Shown piece after piece: positions 51,559-60,365 of a DNA stretch of 64,000 nucleotides. The stretch is from an uncultured Thermoleophilia bacterium (lineage in GTDB: Bacteria; Actinomycetota; Thermoleophilia; Gaiellales; Gaiellaceae), in assembly GCA_963725595.1 (NCBI GenBank), contig CAVRYT010000001.1, forward strand, positions 248,032-312,031, given 5' to 3'. A program made the position numbers and the translations under genes. The notes beneath the pieces were generated by a model. It had not been told where the DNA came from and did no database searches. It worked only from the letters and a program-made list of their open reading frames with translations. Numbering within the stretch: position 1 is the stretch's first letter; each line of letters starts with the position of its first letter.

Positions 51559-53445
51559 ATGCAGCAGGCCGCGCGTCGGAACGGCGTTCGTCGGCTTCTG
51601 CTCCCAGTGATCGCCGCGGCCTTCCTGGCCGTGCTGCTCGTTGCCGTGTCGGCCAGCGCCAAGTCGTCGAGCCACTCGACAGCGGCTGACACGCACGATG
51701 GGCTCGGCATCGAGTCGGGGAAGATCAAGCACGTCTGGCTGATCATCCTCGAGAACAAGTCCTACGACGCGACGTTCACGGGGCTGAACGACAACACATA
51801 CCTCTGGCAGACGCTGCCGTCCCAGGGCGTCCTCCTCAAGAACTACTACGGCACCGGCCACTTCAGCCTCGACAACTACATCTCGATGGTGAGCGGCCAG
51901 GCGACCCAGGCCGACACGCAGGCCGACTGCCCGTTCTACAAGAGCTTCTCGGGCAAGCTCGACACGTCGGGCTCGCTCGAGACGAATCCGAACTACGGCC
52001 AGGTTGCCTCTGCGGCCGGCCCGAACGCTGCGCCGGGTGCGAACGGCTGCGTGTACAGCACCGACGTGAAGACGTTGTTCGACCAGCTCGACGCCGCGCA
52101 CGTCAGCTGGAAGGGGTACGCACAGGACCTCACGGCCGCCCAGGGCGACCACTCGGCAGGCGTCCAGTACTGCGGCTCGCCGTTCGCCGCTCCGAGCGCG
52201 ACGAACGACAACTCACAGGCGAACCCGGGGAGCGCGACCGCCACCGACCAGTACGTGCCGAAGCACTTCCCATTCCCGTGGTTCAGCTCGGTGCTGCAGT
52301 CGGGTGACTGCAACGCCAAGCACATCGCCGACGTGTTCGATCCGGCGAACGGCCTTGCCCACGACCTCAAGAGCACGACGAACACACCGGCGTTCAGCTG
52401 GATCTCGCCCAACAACTGCAGTGACGCGCACGACGCCGTCTGCAAGGGGAACAACCTGTCCGGGGGGTTCGCCGACGCGAACACTCCGAACCCGCCCAAG
52501 AACTACACCGGCGGCCTGTACGCCTCTGACCTGTTCCTCGCTCACATCATCCCCGAGATCGAGGCGTCACCTGCGTTCAAGGACGGCGGGCTGATCGACA
52601 TCACGTTCGACGAGGCGTTCCCGCCGTTCACCTTCACCGGTAACAGCTTCGTCAACTCGACGGCGGTCCAGGCGACGGCGGCGACGTCGATCGCGGCCGA
52701 CTCGGCGGGTGAGACGATCAACGGGAAGACCGTGCTCTCCGAGCCGACCGGCCCGAACTCGCCGCTTCGGAAGGACTCGAGCGGCAATGAGCTCTATCCG
52801 GGCCCGGGCTTCAACGGGTTCGTCGATCGGCCGTCGAACTGCGTCGCGCAGACGATCCCGCCGCAGCCCGCGGGTACCTGCATCCTCGGCTTCGGGAGCC
52901 ACACCCCCGGCGCCCGGACCGACGCCGGCGCGACCGCTGCGAGCGGCGTGTCGACGATCAGGGACGACGCGATCGTCGCGACCGACGCCGGCCGCGCGGT
53001 CTCGGGCTCGGGCATCCCGGCGGGCGCGTTTGTCGGTCACGTCAATGACGCCTCGAACTCGCCGGACATCCCGTCCGGCGGGCCGTCCGACACCGGCCTC
53101 TTCACGCTCGTCGACTCGAGCGGGACGGTCGTGAAGACGACGGGCGCCGTGAGCGGTGTCACCCTCGCCGCGCGGACACCGGCGGACGATCCGCTCTTCA
53201 ACGCCACCGATCCGACGACAGGCGGCGGCGACACGGGGAGCGTCCTCATCAGCCCGTACATCACACCGGGCAGCACGAGCGAGGTGTACTACAACCACTA
53301 CAGCTGGCTGCGCACGATGGAGGACCTGTTCGACGTCGCCAAGTCCTCGCGGGGGCTCGACTTCGACGGCCACCTCGGCTACGCCGCCCAGATCGGCCTT
53401 GCCCCGTTCGGCAAGGACGTGTTCAACAACCCGTCGGGGCACTGA
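51559..53445 (+). CDS. secreted phosphoesterase-family protein (phospholipase C / AcpA acid-phosphatase type) with long C-terminal extension
   Basis: Signal/TM segment, then IKHVWLIILENKSYDATF and NYISMVSGQ, typical of the phosphoesterase family. GTG 51550 is an alternative start. Confidence 0.7.
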   Translation: MQQAARRNGVRRLLLPVIAAAFLAVLLVAVSASAKSSSHSTAADTHDGLGIESGKIKHVWLIILENKSYDATFTGLNDNTYLWQTLPSQGVLLKNYYGTGHFSLDNYISMVSGQATQADTQADCPFYKSFSGKLDTSGSLETNPNYGQVASAAGPNAAPGANGCVYSTDVKTLFDQLDAAHVSWKGYAQDLTAAQGDHSAGVQYCGSPFAAPSATNDNSQANPGSATATDQYVPKHFPFPWFSSVLQSGDCNAKHIADVFDPANGLAHDLKSTTNTPAFSWISPNNCSDAHDAVCKGNNLSGGFADANTPNPPKNYTGGLYASDLFLAHIIPEIEASPAFKDGGLIDITFDEAFPPFTFTGNSFVNSTAVQATAATSIAADSAGETINGKTVLSEPTGPNSPLRKDSSGNELYPGPGFNGFVDRPSNCVAQTIPPQPAGTCILGFGSHTPGARTDAGATAASGVSTIRDDAIVATDAGRAVSGSGIPAGAFVGHVNDASNSPDIPSGGPSDTGLFTLVDSSGTVVKTTGAVSGVTLAARTPADDPLFNATDPTTGGGDTGSVLISPYITPGSTSEVYYNHYSWLRTMEDLFDVAKSSRGLDFDGHLGYAAQIGLAPFGKDVFNNPSGH

Positions 53446-53471
53446 TCCTGACGCAGCCGATCGACCGCTTC

Positions 53472-53499
53472 GGGAGCCGGGCCGCGAGGCCCGGCTCCC
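53472..53499 (+). terminator. GC-rich hairpin after the phosphoesterase gene (no U-tract)
   Basis: GGGAGCCGGGCC-GCGA-GGCCCGGCTCCC, a 12-bp perfect stem. Confidence 0.4.
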
Positions 53500-53510
53500 G
53501 TCGCACGCGC

Positions 53511-54062
53511 ATGCTCGCCGCCGCGCTCGTGCTCGCCGCCGCGGTGGGCGCGCTCGCGTTCCTGCTCTGGCCGGACAGCCGAGCGCCGGAGAGCTACGGA
53601 GGCATTCCGAGCTGGCTACCGAAGCCGAAGGTCGAGGTCGGCCGGGTTGTCGTCGCGAGCGCGGCGCACCCGGCACTCGCGATCGAGGGCGACACGATTT
53701 CGGTCCGGCTCGCGCACGGACGCGTGGCCGCCACCACGGTCGGCCCGAGCGTGCCCGAGGAAGGACAGTTCCCGGTTCCCCCGACGACGCCGTGCACGTT
53801 CACGATCACCCTCTCCCGCGCCGCCGGGATCGTGCCGCTGAAGGAGCGGGCGTTCACGATCCTGGACGAGCGCGGCGAGCTCCATCATCCGCGGGTGACC
53901 GGTGCGGGCGGCGCGGCGCTGCCGCGCGTCGTCGCGGCGGGCCGGAGCGTCACGCTGACGGTTCGTGACGTTCTGCCGACCGGGAACGGACAGCTCCGGT
54001 GGGCGCCCGGCGGCGGCGGCAGGCCCGTCGTCTCCTGGGACTTCGACGTCGAGATCGACTGA
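53511..54062 (+). CDS. membrane-anchored hypothetical protein
   Basis: N-terminal TM segment (MLAAALVLAAAVGALAFLLW), then a probable beta-rich extracytoplasmic domain. I recognise no motif. Confidence 0.5.
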   Translation: MLAAALVLAAAVGALAFLLWPDSRAPESYGGIPSWLPKPKVEVGRVVVASAAHPALAIEGDTISVRLAHGRVAATTVGPSVPEEGQFPVPPTTPCTFTITLSRAAGIVPLKERAFTILDERGELHHPRVTGAGGAALPRVVAAGRSVTLTVRDVLPTGNGQLRWAPGGGGRPVVSWDFDVEID

Positions 54063-54092
54063 GCCGACTTCCGCGGCCGTTACCTTCCGGTC

Positions 54093-54908
54093 GTGAGCCC
54101 GGTCAGCGTCGTGCTGCTCGTGCTGCTCGGGCTCGGTGTCGGGGCGGTGGGGACGCTTGTCGGCGCGGGCGGCGGCTTCCTGCTCGCGCCGGTGCTCCTG
54201 CTCGTCTACCCCCACGACAGCCCGGAGACGCTGACCTCGATCAGCCTCGCAGCGGTGTGGGCGAACAGCACGTCCGGCTCGATCGCCTACTTCCGCCAGC
54301 GTCGGGTGGACGTGCGCAGCGGCCTCGTCTTCGGCGCCGCGACGTTACCCGGCGCGGTCGGCGGCGCGCTCGTCGTCGGCTATGTCCCGCGACGGGCGTT
54401 CGACGCGATCATGGCGGCCGCGCTCGGCGGCGTCGCGCTCTGGATCGCGCGCAGCGGCGGCCGCCGCCGCGTCCGCGAGTACGGCACCGAGCGGGCCATC
54501 GTCGACCGTTCCGGACGCGAGTGGCGCTACCGCGTCCCGGTCGCCCGCGGCGCCGCGTACAGCCTTGCCGTCGGGTTCGCCTCGAGCTTCCTCGGCATCG
54601 GCGGCGGCGTGTTCCACGTGCCGATCCTCGTGGCGGGCCTCGGCTTCCCGACCCACATCGCGACTGCGACCTCCCACTTCGTCCTCTCCCTGATGAGCGG
54701 CGCCGGCGTGCTGACGCACGTGGTCCAGGGCTCCTACCGGATCGGCGACGGCCTGCGCCGCTCGGTCGCGCTCGCGGCCGGCGTGGCGGTAGGCGCACAG
54801 TTCGGAGCGCGGGCCTCGACCCGCGTGCCTGCGCTCGTGATCGAGCGGCTCCTCGCCGCCGGCCTCGTGCTCGTCGCGGTGCGGCTCGTGCTCGCTGCTG
54901 CTTCGTAG
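54093..54908 (+). CDS. TauE/SafE (TSUP) family anion exporter
   Basis: Polytopic 271-aa protein with internal duplication: GVGAVGTLVGAGGGFLLAPVL and FLGIGGGVFHVPIL. Confidence 0.8.
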   Translation: MSPVSVVLLVLLGLGVGAVGTLVGAGGGFLLAPVLLLVYPHDSPETLTSISLAAVWANSTSGSIAYFRQRRVDVRSGLVFGAATLPGAVGGALVVGYVPRRAFDAIMAAALGGVALWIARSGGRRRVREYGTERAIVDRSGREWRYRVPVARGAAYSLAVGFASSFLGIGGGVFHVPILVAGLGFPTHIATATSHFVLSLMSGAGVLTHVVQGSYRIGDGLRRSVALAAGVAVGAQFGARASTRVPALVIERLLAAGLVLVAVRLVLAAAS

Positions 54909-55031
54909 CCGCCGCGACAACGACGCGTAGAAAGCACTGAGGCGCACCTCACCAAACCCGGATGTCGCTTCGCCCTGTCTGGCTGATCGTTCATCTGCGA
55001 TCGACGATCCAACGCCCCAAGGAGGGCTGTC

Positions 55032-55259
55032 ATGAACTGCTTCGAGTGTGCGAAGGTGAACGACAAGGTTCCGGCTGTGGGCGTCTGCGGGCACTGCGGC
55101 GTCGGCCTCTGCGTCGACCACCTCGTCGAGGCCCGGGACTACCGCGTCGGAGGTACGCGCTTCGGGTGCCCTCATGGCGTTCCGCAGGTGAAGCCGATGC
55201 ACGGCGTGCCCGCTGGAATCGCCGCTGCTTCGCGCCACCACACTGCCGGCGTCGCGTGA
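55032..55259 (+). CDS. small Cys-rich (zinc-ribbon-like, DUF2180-like) protein
   Basis: AAGGAGGG SD. MNCFECA...VGVCGHCGVGLCVDH...FGCPH. The stop overlaps the arsR start (GTGA). Confidence 0.55.
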   Translation: MNCFECAKVNDKVPAVGVCGHCGVGLCVDHLVEARDYRVGGTRFGCPHGVPQVKPMHGVPAGIAAASRHHTAGVA

Positions 55260-55600
55260 GCGCCGCGACCGCGCCGGCATCCGTCGCCGCCGGGCAGGGC
55301 ATCCAGCAGTTCGCGCTGCTCGCGAAAGCGCTCGGCCATCCGGCCCGCCTCCACATCCTGCGGCTGCTGCTCTCTCGTGACGCCTGTTACTGCGGCGAGC
55401 TCGTCGACGAGCTGCCGCTCGCTCAGGCCACGGTCTCCCAGCACCTGAAGGTGCTGAAGGACGCGGGACTGATCACCGGCGAGATCGAGGGGCTCCGCAC
55501 CTGCTACTGGGCCGACCGCGACCGGCTCGCCACGCTGCACCAGTTCATCGGCGAAATGCTCCACGACGCCGTCGAGGTGAACGCCAATGGCTGCGACTGA
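55256..55600 (+). CDS. ArsR/SmtB family metalloregulator
   Basis: LAKALGHPARLHILRLLL, CYCGELV, LAQATVSQHLKVLKDAGLI. Confidence 0.85.
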   Translation: MSAATAPASVAAGQGIQQFALLAKALGHPARLHILRLLLSRDACYCGELVDELPLAQATVSQHLKVLKDAGLITGEIEGLRTCYWADRDRLATLHQFIGEMLHDAVEVNANGCD

Positions 55601-56711
55601 AACCCTCTCCCACCGCGGCACACGCCCGAGTGGAGCCGACGACGGCGTCCTCAACAAGCTCTCGACGATCGACCGTTTCCTGCCTCTCTGGATCGGCCTC
55701 GCCATGGTGCTCGGGCTCGGGCTCGGCCGCCTGATCCCCTCATTGAACGACGGCCTGAACAAGCTCCAGGTCGGCACCGTCTCGTTGCCGATCGCACTCG
55801 GGCTGCTGCTGATGATGTACCCGGTGCTCGCGAAGGTGCGCTACGAGGACCTCGGCCGCAAGCAGCACGACGGCGTCTCGAACCGCCTCTTCTTCGGCGT
55901 TTCCCTCTTCCTGTCATGGGTGGTCGGGCCGCTGCTTATGTTCACGCTCGCGTGGCTGCTCCTTCCCAACCAGCCCGCGTATCGCACCGGAGTGATCATC
56001 GTCGGGCTTGCCCGCTGCATCGCGATGGTGCTGATCTGGAACGACATAGCAAAAGGCGATCGCGACCGAACCGCGCTGCTCGTCGTCTTCAACGCGCTCT
56101 TCCAGGTCGCCGCGTACTCGTTGCTCGGCTGGTTCTACCTGAACGTCTTCCCAGGGTGGCTCGGTCTCGACACGCAGGGCTTTCGTGTCGGCATCTGGGA
56201 GGTCGCGAAGACGGTCCTGGTCTTCCTCGGCATCCCGCTCGCGGCCGGATTTCTCACACGGCGGATTGGGCTGAAGCGCAAGGGGCGCGACTGGTACGAG
56301 CGCCGGTTCATCCCGCGGATCAGCCCGATCACGTTGTACGGGCTGCTGTTCACGATCGTGCTGCTCTTCGCGATCCAGGGCGACAAGATCACCTCACGGC
56401 CGCTCGACGTCGCGCGGATCGCGCTGCCGCTGCTCTGCTATTTCGCCGTCATGTGGGTCGCCGGCTTCGCGATCGGGAAGGCGATCGGGTTGCCGTACGC
56501 GCAGACGGCGAGCATGGGCTTCACGGTCGCCTCCAACGATTTCGAGCTCGCGATCGCCGTCGCGGTCGGCGTCTTCGGTGCGGCCTCGGGGCAGGCACTC
56601 GCAGGGGTCGTGGGACCGCTGATCGAAGTGCCCGTGCTTGTCGCGCTCGTCTACGTCGCACTCTGGGCCCGGCGATTCTGGCCGAGCAGTGTGCTCCCGA
56701 CCGCGGCCTGA
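55587..56711 (+). CDS. acr3: ACR3 family arsenite efflux transporter
   Basis: LSTIDRFLPLWI, LLLMMYPVLAKVRYE, GLARCIAMVLIWN, ASNDFELAIAVAV. Confidence 0.9.
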   Translation: MAATETLSHRGTRPSGADDGVLNKLSTIDRFLPLWIGLAMVLGLGLGRLIPSLNDGLNKLQVGTVSLPIALGLLLMMYPVLAKVRYEDLGRKQHDGVSNRLFFGVSLFLSWVVGPLLMFTLAWLLLPNQPAYRTGVIIVGLARCIAMVLIWNDIAKGDRDRTALLVVFNALFQVAAYSLLGWFYLNVFPGWLGLDTQGFRVGIWEVAKTVLVFLGIPLAAGFLTRRIGLKRKGRDWYERRFIPRISPITLYGLLFTIVLLFAIQGDKITSRPLDVARIALPLLCYFAVMWVAGFAIGKAIGLPYAQTASMGFTVASNDFELAIAVAVGVFGAASGQALAGVVGPLIEVPVLVALVYVALWARRFWPSSVLPTAA

Positions 56712-56725
56712 AACCTGGGCAGGCT

Positions 56726-57424
56726 CTAGGCCGGGTGCGACGCGTCGGTGAACTCGCGGAACTCGCCGGTGGCGAGGTACGCGACCTGCTCGCCGATGTC
56801 GACCGCATGGTCGCCGATCCGCTCGACGCACCGGGAGACGACGAGCATCCTCAGCCCGTACTCGCGCTCCTGCGGTGAGGTGCCGAGCGAGAGGACGTCC
56901 TCGGTCGCGTTCCGGTTCGCCCGGTCGATCAGCTCGTCGAGCTCGACCAGCGTCTGCGCCTTCTCCGGGTCGCGCGTCGCGAACGCGTCCATCGCGACGC
57001 GGAGCATCTGCTCGGCGCGCTGGCCCATGTCCTCGATCGAGTGGCCGATCGCATCGTCGGCCACGTTGAGGCCGCCCATCAGCTTCGTCAGCTTCGCAAC
57101 CGTGACGCAGTAGTCGGCCATGCGCTCGAGGTGCAGGTTGACCCGGAGGATCGCAAGCACGAGCCGCAGGTCGGACGCGACGGGAGTCTGCCGCGCGAGC
57201 AGTGACTGCACGCCGTTCTCGATGTCGATGTAGCGCCTGTCGACCTCGTCGTCGAACAGGATCACCTCGTCCGCGAGCTCTTCGTCGCCGCGGGCGAGCG
57301 CGTTCAGCGCCGATCGGAGCGCGCGGAGGACGAGGTCGCCTTCCTCCTGCAAAGCGGTCTCGAGCTGCGACAGCTCCTCGCTGAACGAGACCCGCATCGG
57401 GCTAGCCGAACCGTCCGGTGACAT
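56726..57424 (-). CDS. phoU: phosphate signalling complex protein PhoU
   Basis: Two PhoU repeats: ERMADYC..., [18 protein letters not shown] 57397 is an alternative that would remove the 23-nt overlap with pstB. Confidence 0.9.
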   Translation of the reverse strand: MSPDGSASPMRVSFSEELSQLETALQEEGDLVLRALRSALNALARGDEELADEVILFDDEVDRRYIDIENGVQSLLARQTPVASDLRLVLAILRVNLHLERMADYCVTVAKLTKLMGGLNVADDAIGHSIEDMGQRAEQMLRVAMDAFATRDPEKAQTLVELDELIDRANRNATEDVLSLGTSPQEREYGLRMLVVSRCVERIGDHAVDIGEQVAYLATGEFREFTDASHPA

Positions 57425-58271
57425 ATCCCTCCGTCCGCTCGTCCGCCGGCGAGGTGAAGATCTTGTCGGTTGAGTCGTACTCGACGAGAATGCCGTTGCG
57501 GGTCCCGTCCTCGTGGAGGTCGAGGCTGAAGAAGGCCGTCATGTCGGCCACGCGCGCAGCCTGTTGCATGTTGTGCGTCACGATCACGAGCGTGTAGTCG
57601 CTCTTCAGCTCGTGCATCAGGTCCTCGATCGCCGAGGTCGAGATCGGGTCCAGCGCAGACGCCGGCTCGTCTAACAGCACGACGTCGGGCTCGACGGCGA
57701 TTGCCCGTGCGATGCAGAGGCGCTGCTGCTGCCCGCCCGAGAGACCGAGGGCGCTTCGCTTGAGGCGGTCCTTGACTTCGTCCCAGAGGGCGGCCTGGCG
57801 CAGCGACCTCTCGACACGCTCGTCCGGGTCGCCCGGAAGACCGAGCTTCTTCGGTGCGAAGGCGACGTTCTCGTAGATCGACTTGGGGAACGGGTTCGCG
57901 CGCTGGAAGACCATGCCGATCCGCCGGCGAACCTCCACCGGGTCGGCGTCGGAGCCGTACAGGTCGATTCCGTGGTACAGCACCTGTCCGCCGACCCGCA
58001 CGCCCGGGACGAGGTCGTTCATACGATTGAGGCAGCGGAGGAACGTGCTCTTGCCGCATCCTGAGGGGCCGATCATTGCCGTGATGAGGTTCTTGTAAAT
58101 GTCGAGGCCGACGCCCGCGAGGGCCAGCTGCGAGCCGTACGAGACGCTCAGATCGCGGGTCGTGAACACAACGTCCCGCTGAGCGGCCGGGTCGCCACCC
58201 GATTTCAGGCTTGCAGAGATGTCGACGGAGGCGGCCTTCACATCGGACGACATGCCTCGAGTCTCACCCAC
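57402..58271 (-). CDS. pstB: phosphate ABC transporter ATP-binding protein
   Basis: [35 protein letters not shown], and the PstB-type C-terminus YVTGRFG. Confidence 0.9.
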   Translation of the reverse strand: MGETRGMSSDVKAASVDISASLKSGGDPAAQRDVVFTTRDLSVSYGSQLALAGVGLDIYKNLITAMIGPSGCGKSTFLRCLNRMNDLVPGVRVGGQVLYHGIDLYGSDADPVEVRRRIGMVFQRANPFPKSIYENVAFAPKKLGLPGDPDERVERSLRQAALWDEVKDRLKRSALGLSGGQQQRLCIARAIAVEPDVVLLDEPASALDPISTSAIEDLMHELKSDYTLVIVTHNMQQAARVADMTAFFSLDLHEDGTRNGILVEYDSTDKIFTSPADERTEGYVTGRFG

Positions 58272-58297
58272 GCCCGGAACAGCCCGGGGGTACGAGT

Positions 58298-58326
58298 TGT
58301 GAAAATCGCGTGTCGTCCTGGTGAAC
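58298..58326 (-). promoter_or_regulatory. PHO-box-like direct repeats in the pstB/pstC divergent region
   Basis: Minus strand GTTCACC-n5-GACACGC-n3-TTTCACA. Closely resembles the site upstream of pstS. Confidence 0.45.
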
Positions 58327-58369
58327 AGAGGCGCGACGCATTCGGGGGTACTGTAAGCCTTCGCGACTG

Positions 58370-59341
58370 ATGAATGTCTCGGTCGCCGGTACGCCTCAGG
58401 GCAGTCTCCAGTCGCGGCGCTCGCTCCGAGACCGCCTCGGCGACATCACGCTGAGGTGGATCTCGGCCCTGGCCGCGATCGGCGTCGTAGCGCTGATCGC
58501 GTTGATCATCTACAAGGTCGTCGACCAGGCGCGGCCGGCGTTCAGCAGCTTCGGGATCGGGTTCCTCTGGCACCAGACGTGGAACGCCGTCACGAACCAG
58601 TTCGGCGCGCTCGATTTCCTCGTCGCGACTCTGTACGTCACCGGTCTGGCCGTCCTCCTCGCAGCCCCCGTCGCTCTGGCGATCGGCCTCTATCTGAGCG
58701 AGCTCGCGCCGGGCGGCGTGCGCGGCGTCGTCGGCTCGCTCGTCGAGATGCTGGCCGCGATCCCGAGCGTCGTCCTGGGGCTCTGGGGGATTCTCGTCCT
58801 CGGGCCGGTCGTCCACAACCAGTTCGGACCGTGGCTGAACGATGCCTTCGGCTGGACCCCGTTCTTCGCGACGCGCCCGATCTCCGGCAGCACGATGTTC
58901 ACGGCAGTGCTCGTCCTGGCGATCATGATCGTCCCGATCACCGCCGCGATCAGCCGAGACCTCTTCCTTCAGGTGCCTGTCGACATCAAGGAGGGAGCCG
59001 TCGGGCTTGGCCTGACGCGGTGGGAGATGGTTCGGGGTGTCGTCTTGCCCTACACGCGAGGCGGCCTGATCTCCGCGGTGCTCCTCGGCGCCGGGCGCGC
59101 ACTCGGTGAGGCGATCGCCGTCACGCAGGTGATCGGTTCGACCGCACACCTCACCGCGAACCTCTTCAACACGGGTGACACCCTGGCGAGCCGAATCGCC
59201 GCGCAGTATCAAGCAGCGGCCTCGAATCTGCAGGTCGCGTCGCTCTTCTACCTGGGAGTGATCCTGCTCGTCATCTCGCTGGTCGTGAACTTCGCCGCGC
59301 TCTTGATCGTTCGCCGGTACGAGATCACGCAGAGGGTCTGA
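58370..59341 (+). CDS. pstC: phosphate ABC transporter permease PstC
   Basis: [33 protein letters not shown]. Confidence 0.85.
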   Translation: MNVSVAGTPQGSLQSRRSLRDRLGDITLRWISALAAIGVVALIALIIYKVVDQARPAFSSFGIGFLWHQTWNAVTNQFGALDFLVATLYVTGLAVLLAAPVALAIGLYLSELAPGGVRGVVGSLVEMLAAIPSVVLGLWGILVLGPVVHNQFGPWLNDAFGWTPFFATRPISGSTMFTAVLVLAIMIVPITAAISRDLFLQVPVDIKEGAVGLGLTRWEMVRGVVLPYTRGGLISAVLLGAGRALGEAIAVTQVIGSTAHLTANLFNTGDTLASRIAAQYQAAASNLQVASLFYLGVILLVISLVVNFAALLIVRRYEITQRV

Positions 59342-59480
59342 CATCGAAGCCTCCCCCGCAACCCCCACAATCTCGCTGCAGCCAGGCGGCAAGTCGCGGC
59401 GGCGGAAGCAGGCGAACCGAGTCGCCGAAGGGATCTCGACGCTCGCCGCCTACTCCGCGATCGCCGTCCTCGCACTCGTC

Positions 59481-60239
59481 GTGGTCTCCGTCCTCCTCCG
59501 AGGCGTCAAGGCGCTCAACCTCGACCTGTTCACCAAGAACCAGGTGACCTTCGGCGAGACGGGCGGGGGTATCGCGAACGGGCTCGTCGGAACGGCGATC
59601 ATGGTGGCGCTCGCCACGGCCGTCACGTTGCCGGTCGGCATTTTCGTCGCGGTGTATGTCGCCGAGTTCGGGTCCAATCGCGTCGCGCGCTTCATCAGGC
59701 TGGCCCTCGACGTGCTCAACGGCGTACCCTCGATCGTCGTCGGCATCTTCGCCTACGCGTTGCTGGTCGTCGGCTCGGGCTACGCGGCGTGGAAGGGCTC
59801 GGCAGCCCTTGCCATCGTGATGTTGCCGCTGGTGGCGCGGACGACGATCGAGGTGCTCGGCCTGGTGCCCGACTCCTTGCGCTACGGCAGTTATGCCCTC
59901 GGGGTCAGCAAATGGCGCACCGTGCTTTTCGTCGTCATGCCGTCGGCCATCGGGTCGATCCTCACCGGCGCGACGCTCGCCGTCGCCCGGGCGGCCGGCG
60001 AGACGGCTCCGCTCCTCTTCACCACCTCGATCTTTCTCCCGAACCAGGTCGTCACAGATCCGAGCCACGCGATGGCCGCGGTGCCCCTGCTCATCCTCTT
60101 CGACTCGGAATCGGCTGACACGAACTTGAACAATCAGGCGTGGGCGGCGGCGTTCGTTCTGATGATGTTCGTCCTCGCGCTGAGCCTGACCGCCCGCTAC
60201 GTCCTGTCACGGCGCGAGCGGAGGCTTCGCGCGAGGTAG
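59481..60239 (+). CDS. pstA: phosphate ABC transporter permease PstA (annotated from the first canonical start; the conserved N-terminus continues upstream)
   Basis: GGIANGLVGT, VYVAEFG, LNGVPSIVVGIF, GETAPLLFT. In-frame PstA-like sequence (KSRRRKQANRVAEGISTLAAYSAIAVLALVV) extends back to about 59343 without an ATG, GTG or TTG. Confidence 0.8.
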   Translation: MVSVLLRGVKALNLDLFTKNQVTFGETGGGIANGLVGTAIMVALATAVTLPVGIFVAVYVAEFGSNRVARFIRLALDVLNGVPSIVVGIFAYALLVVGSGYAAWKGSAALAIVMLPLVARTTIEVLGLVPDSLRYGSYALGVSKWRTVLFVVMPSAIGSILTGATLAVARAAGETAPLLFTTSIFLPNQVVTDPSHAMAAVPLLILFDSESADTNLNNQAWAAAFVLMMFVLALSLTARYVLSRRERRLRAR

Positions 60240-60256
60240 CGCGGCGACACCAGGTC

Positions 60257-60285
60257 GTAACCAGAACGACACTCCGAGTTTCCCC
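60257..60285 (+). promoter_or_regulatory. PHO-box-like direct repeats upstream of pstS
   Basis: GTAACCA-n4-GACACTC-n4-TTTCCCC, 81 nt upstream of ATG 60366. Confidence 0.45.
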
Positions 60286-60365
60286 ATCCGCGTCGGAGTC
60301 CGGGCGAGACTTGCGCCCGCACCCCCCAACTAACGATGAGACCACTCGAAGGGAGAACGTCGCAC

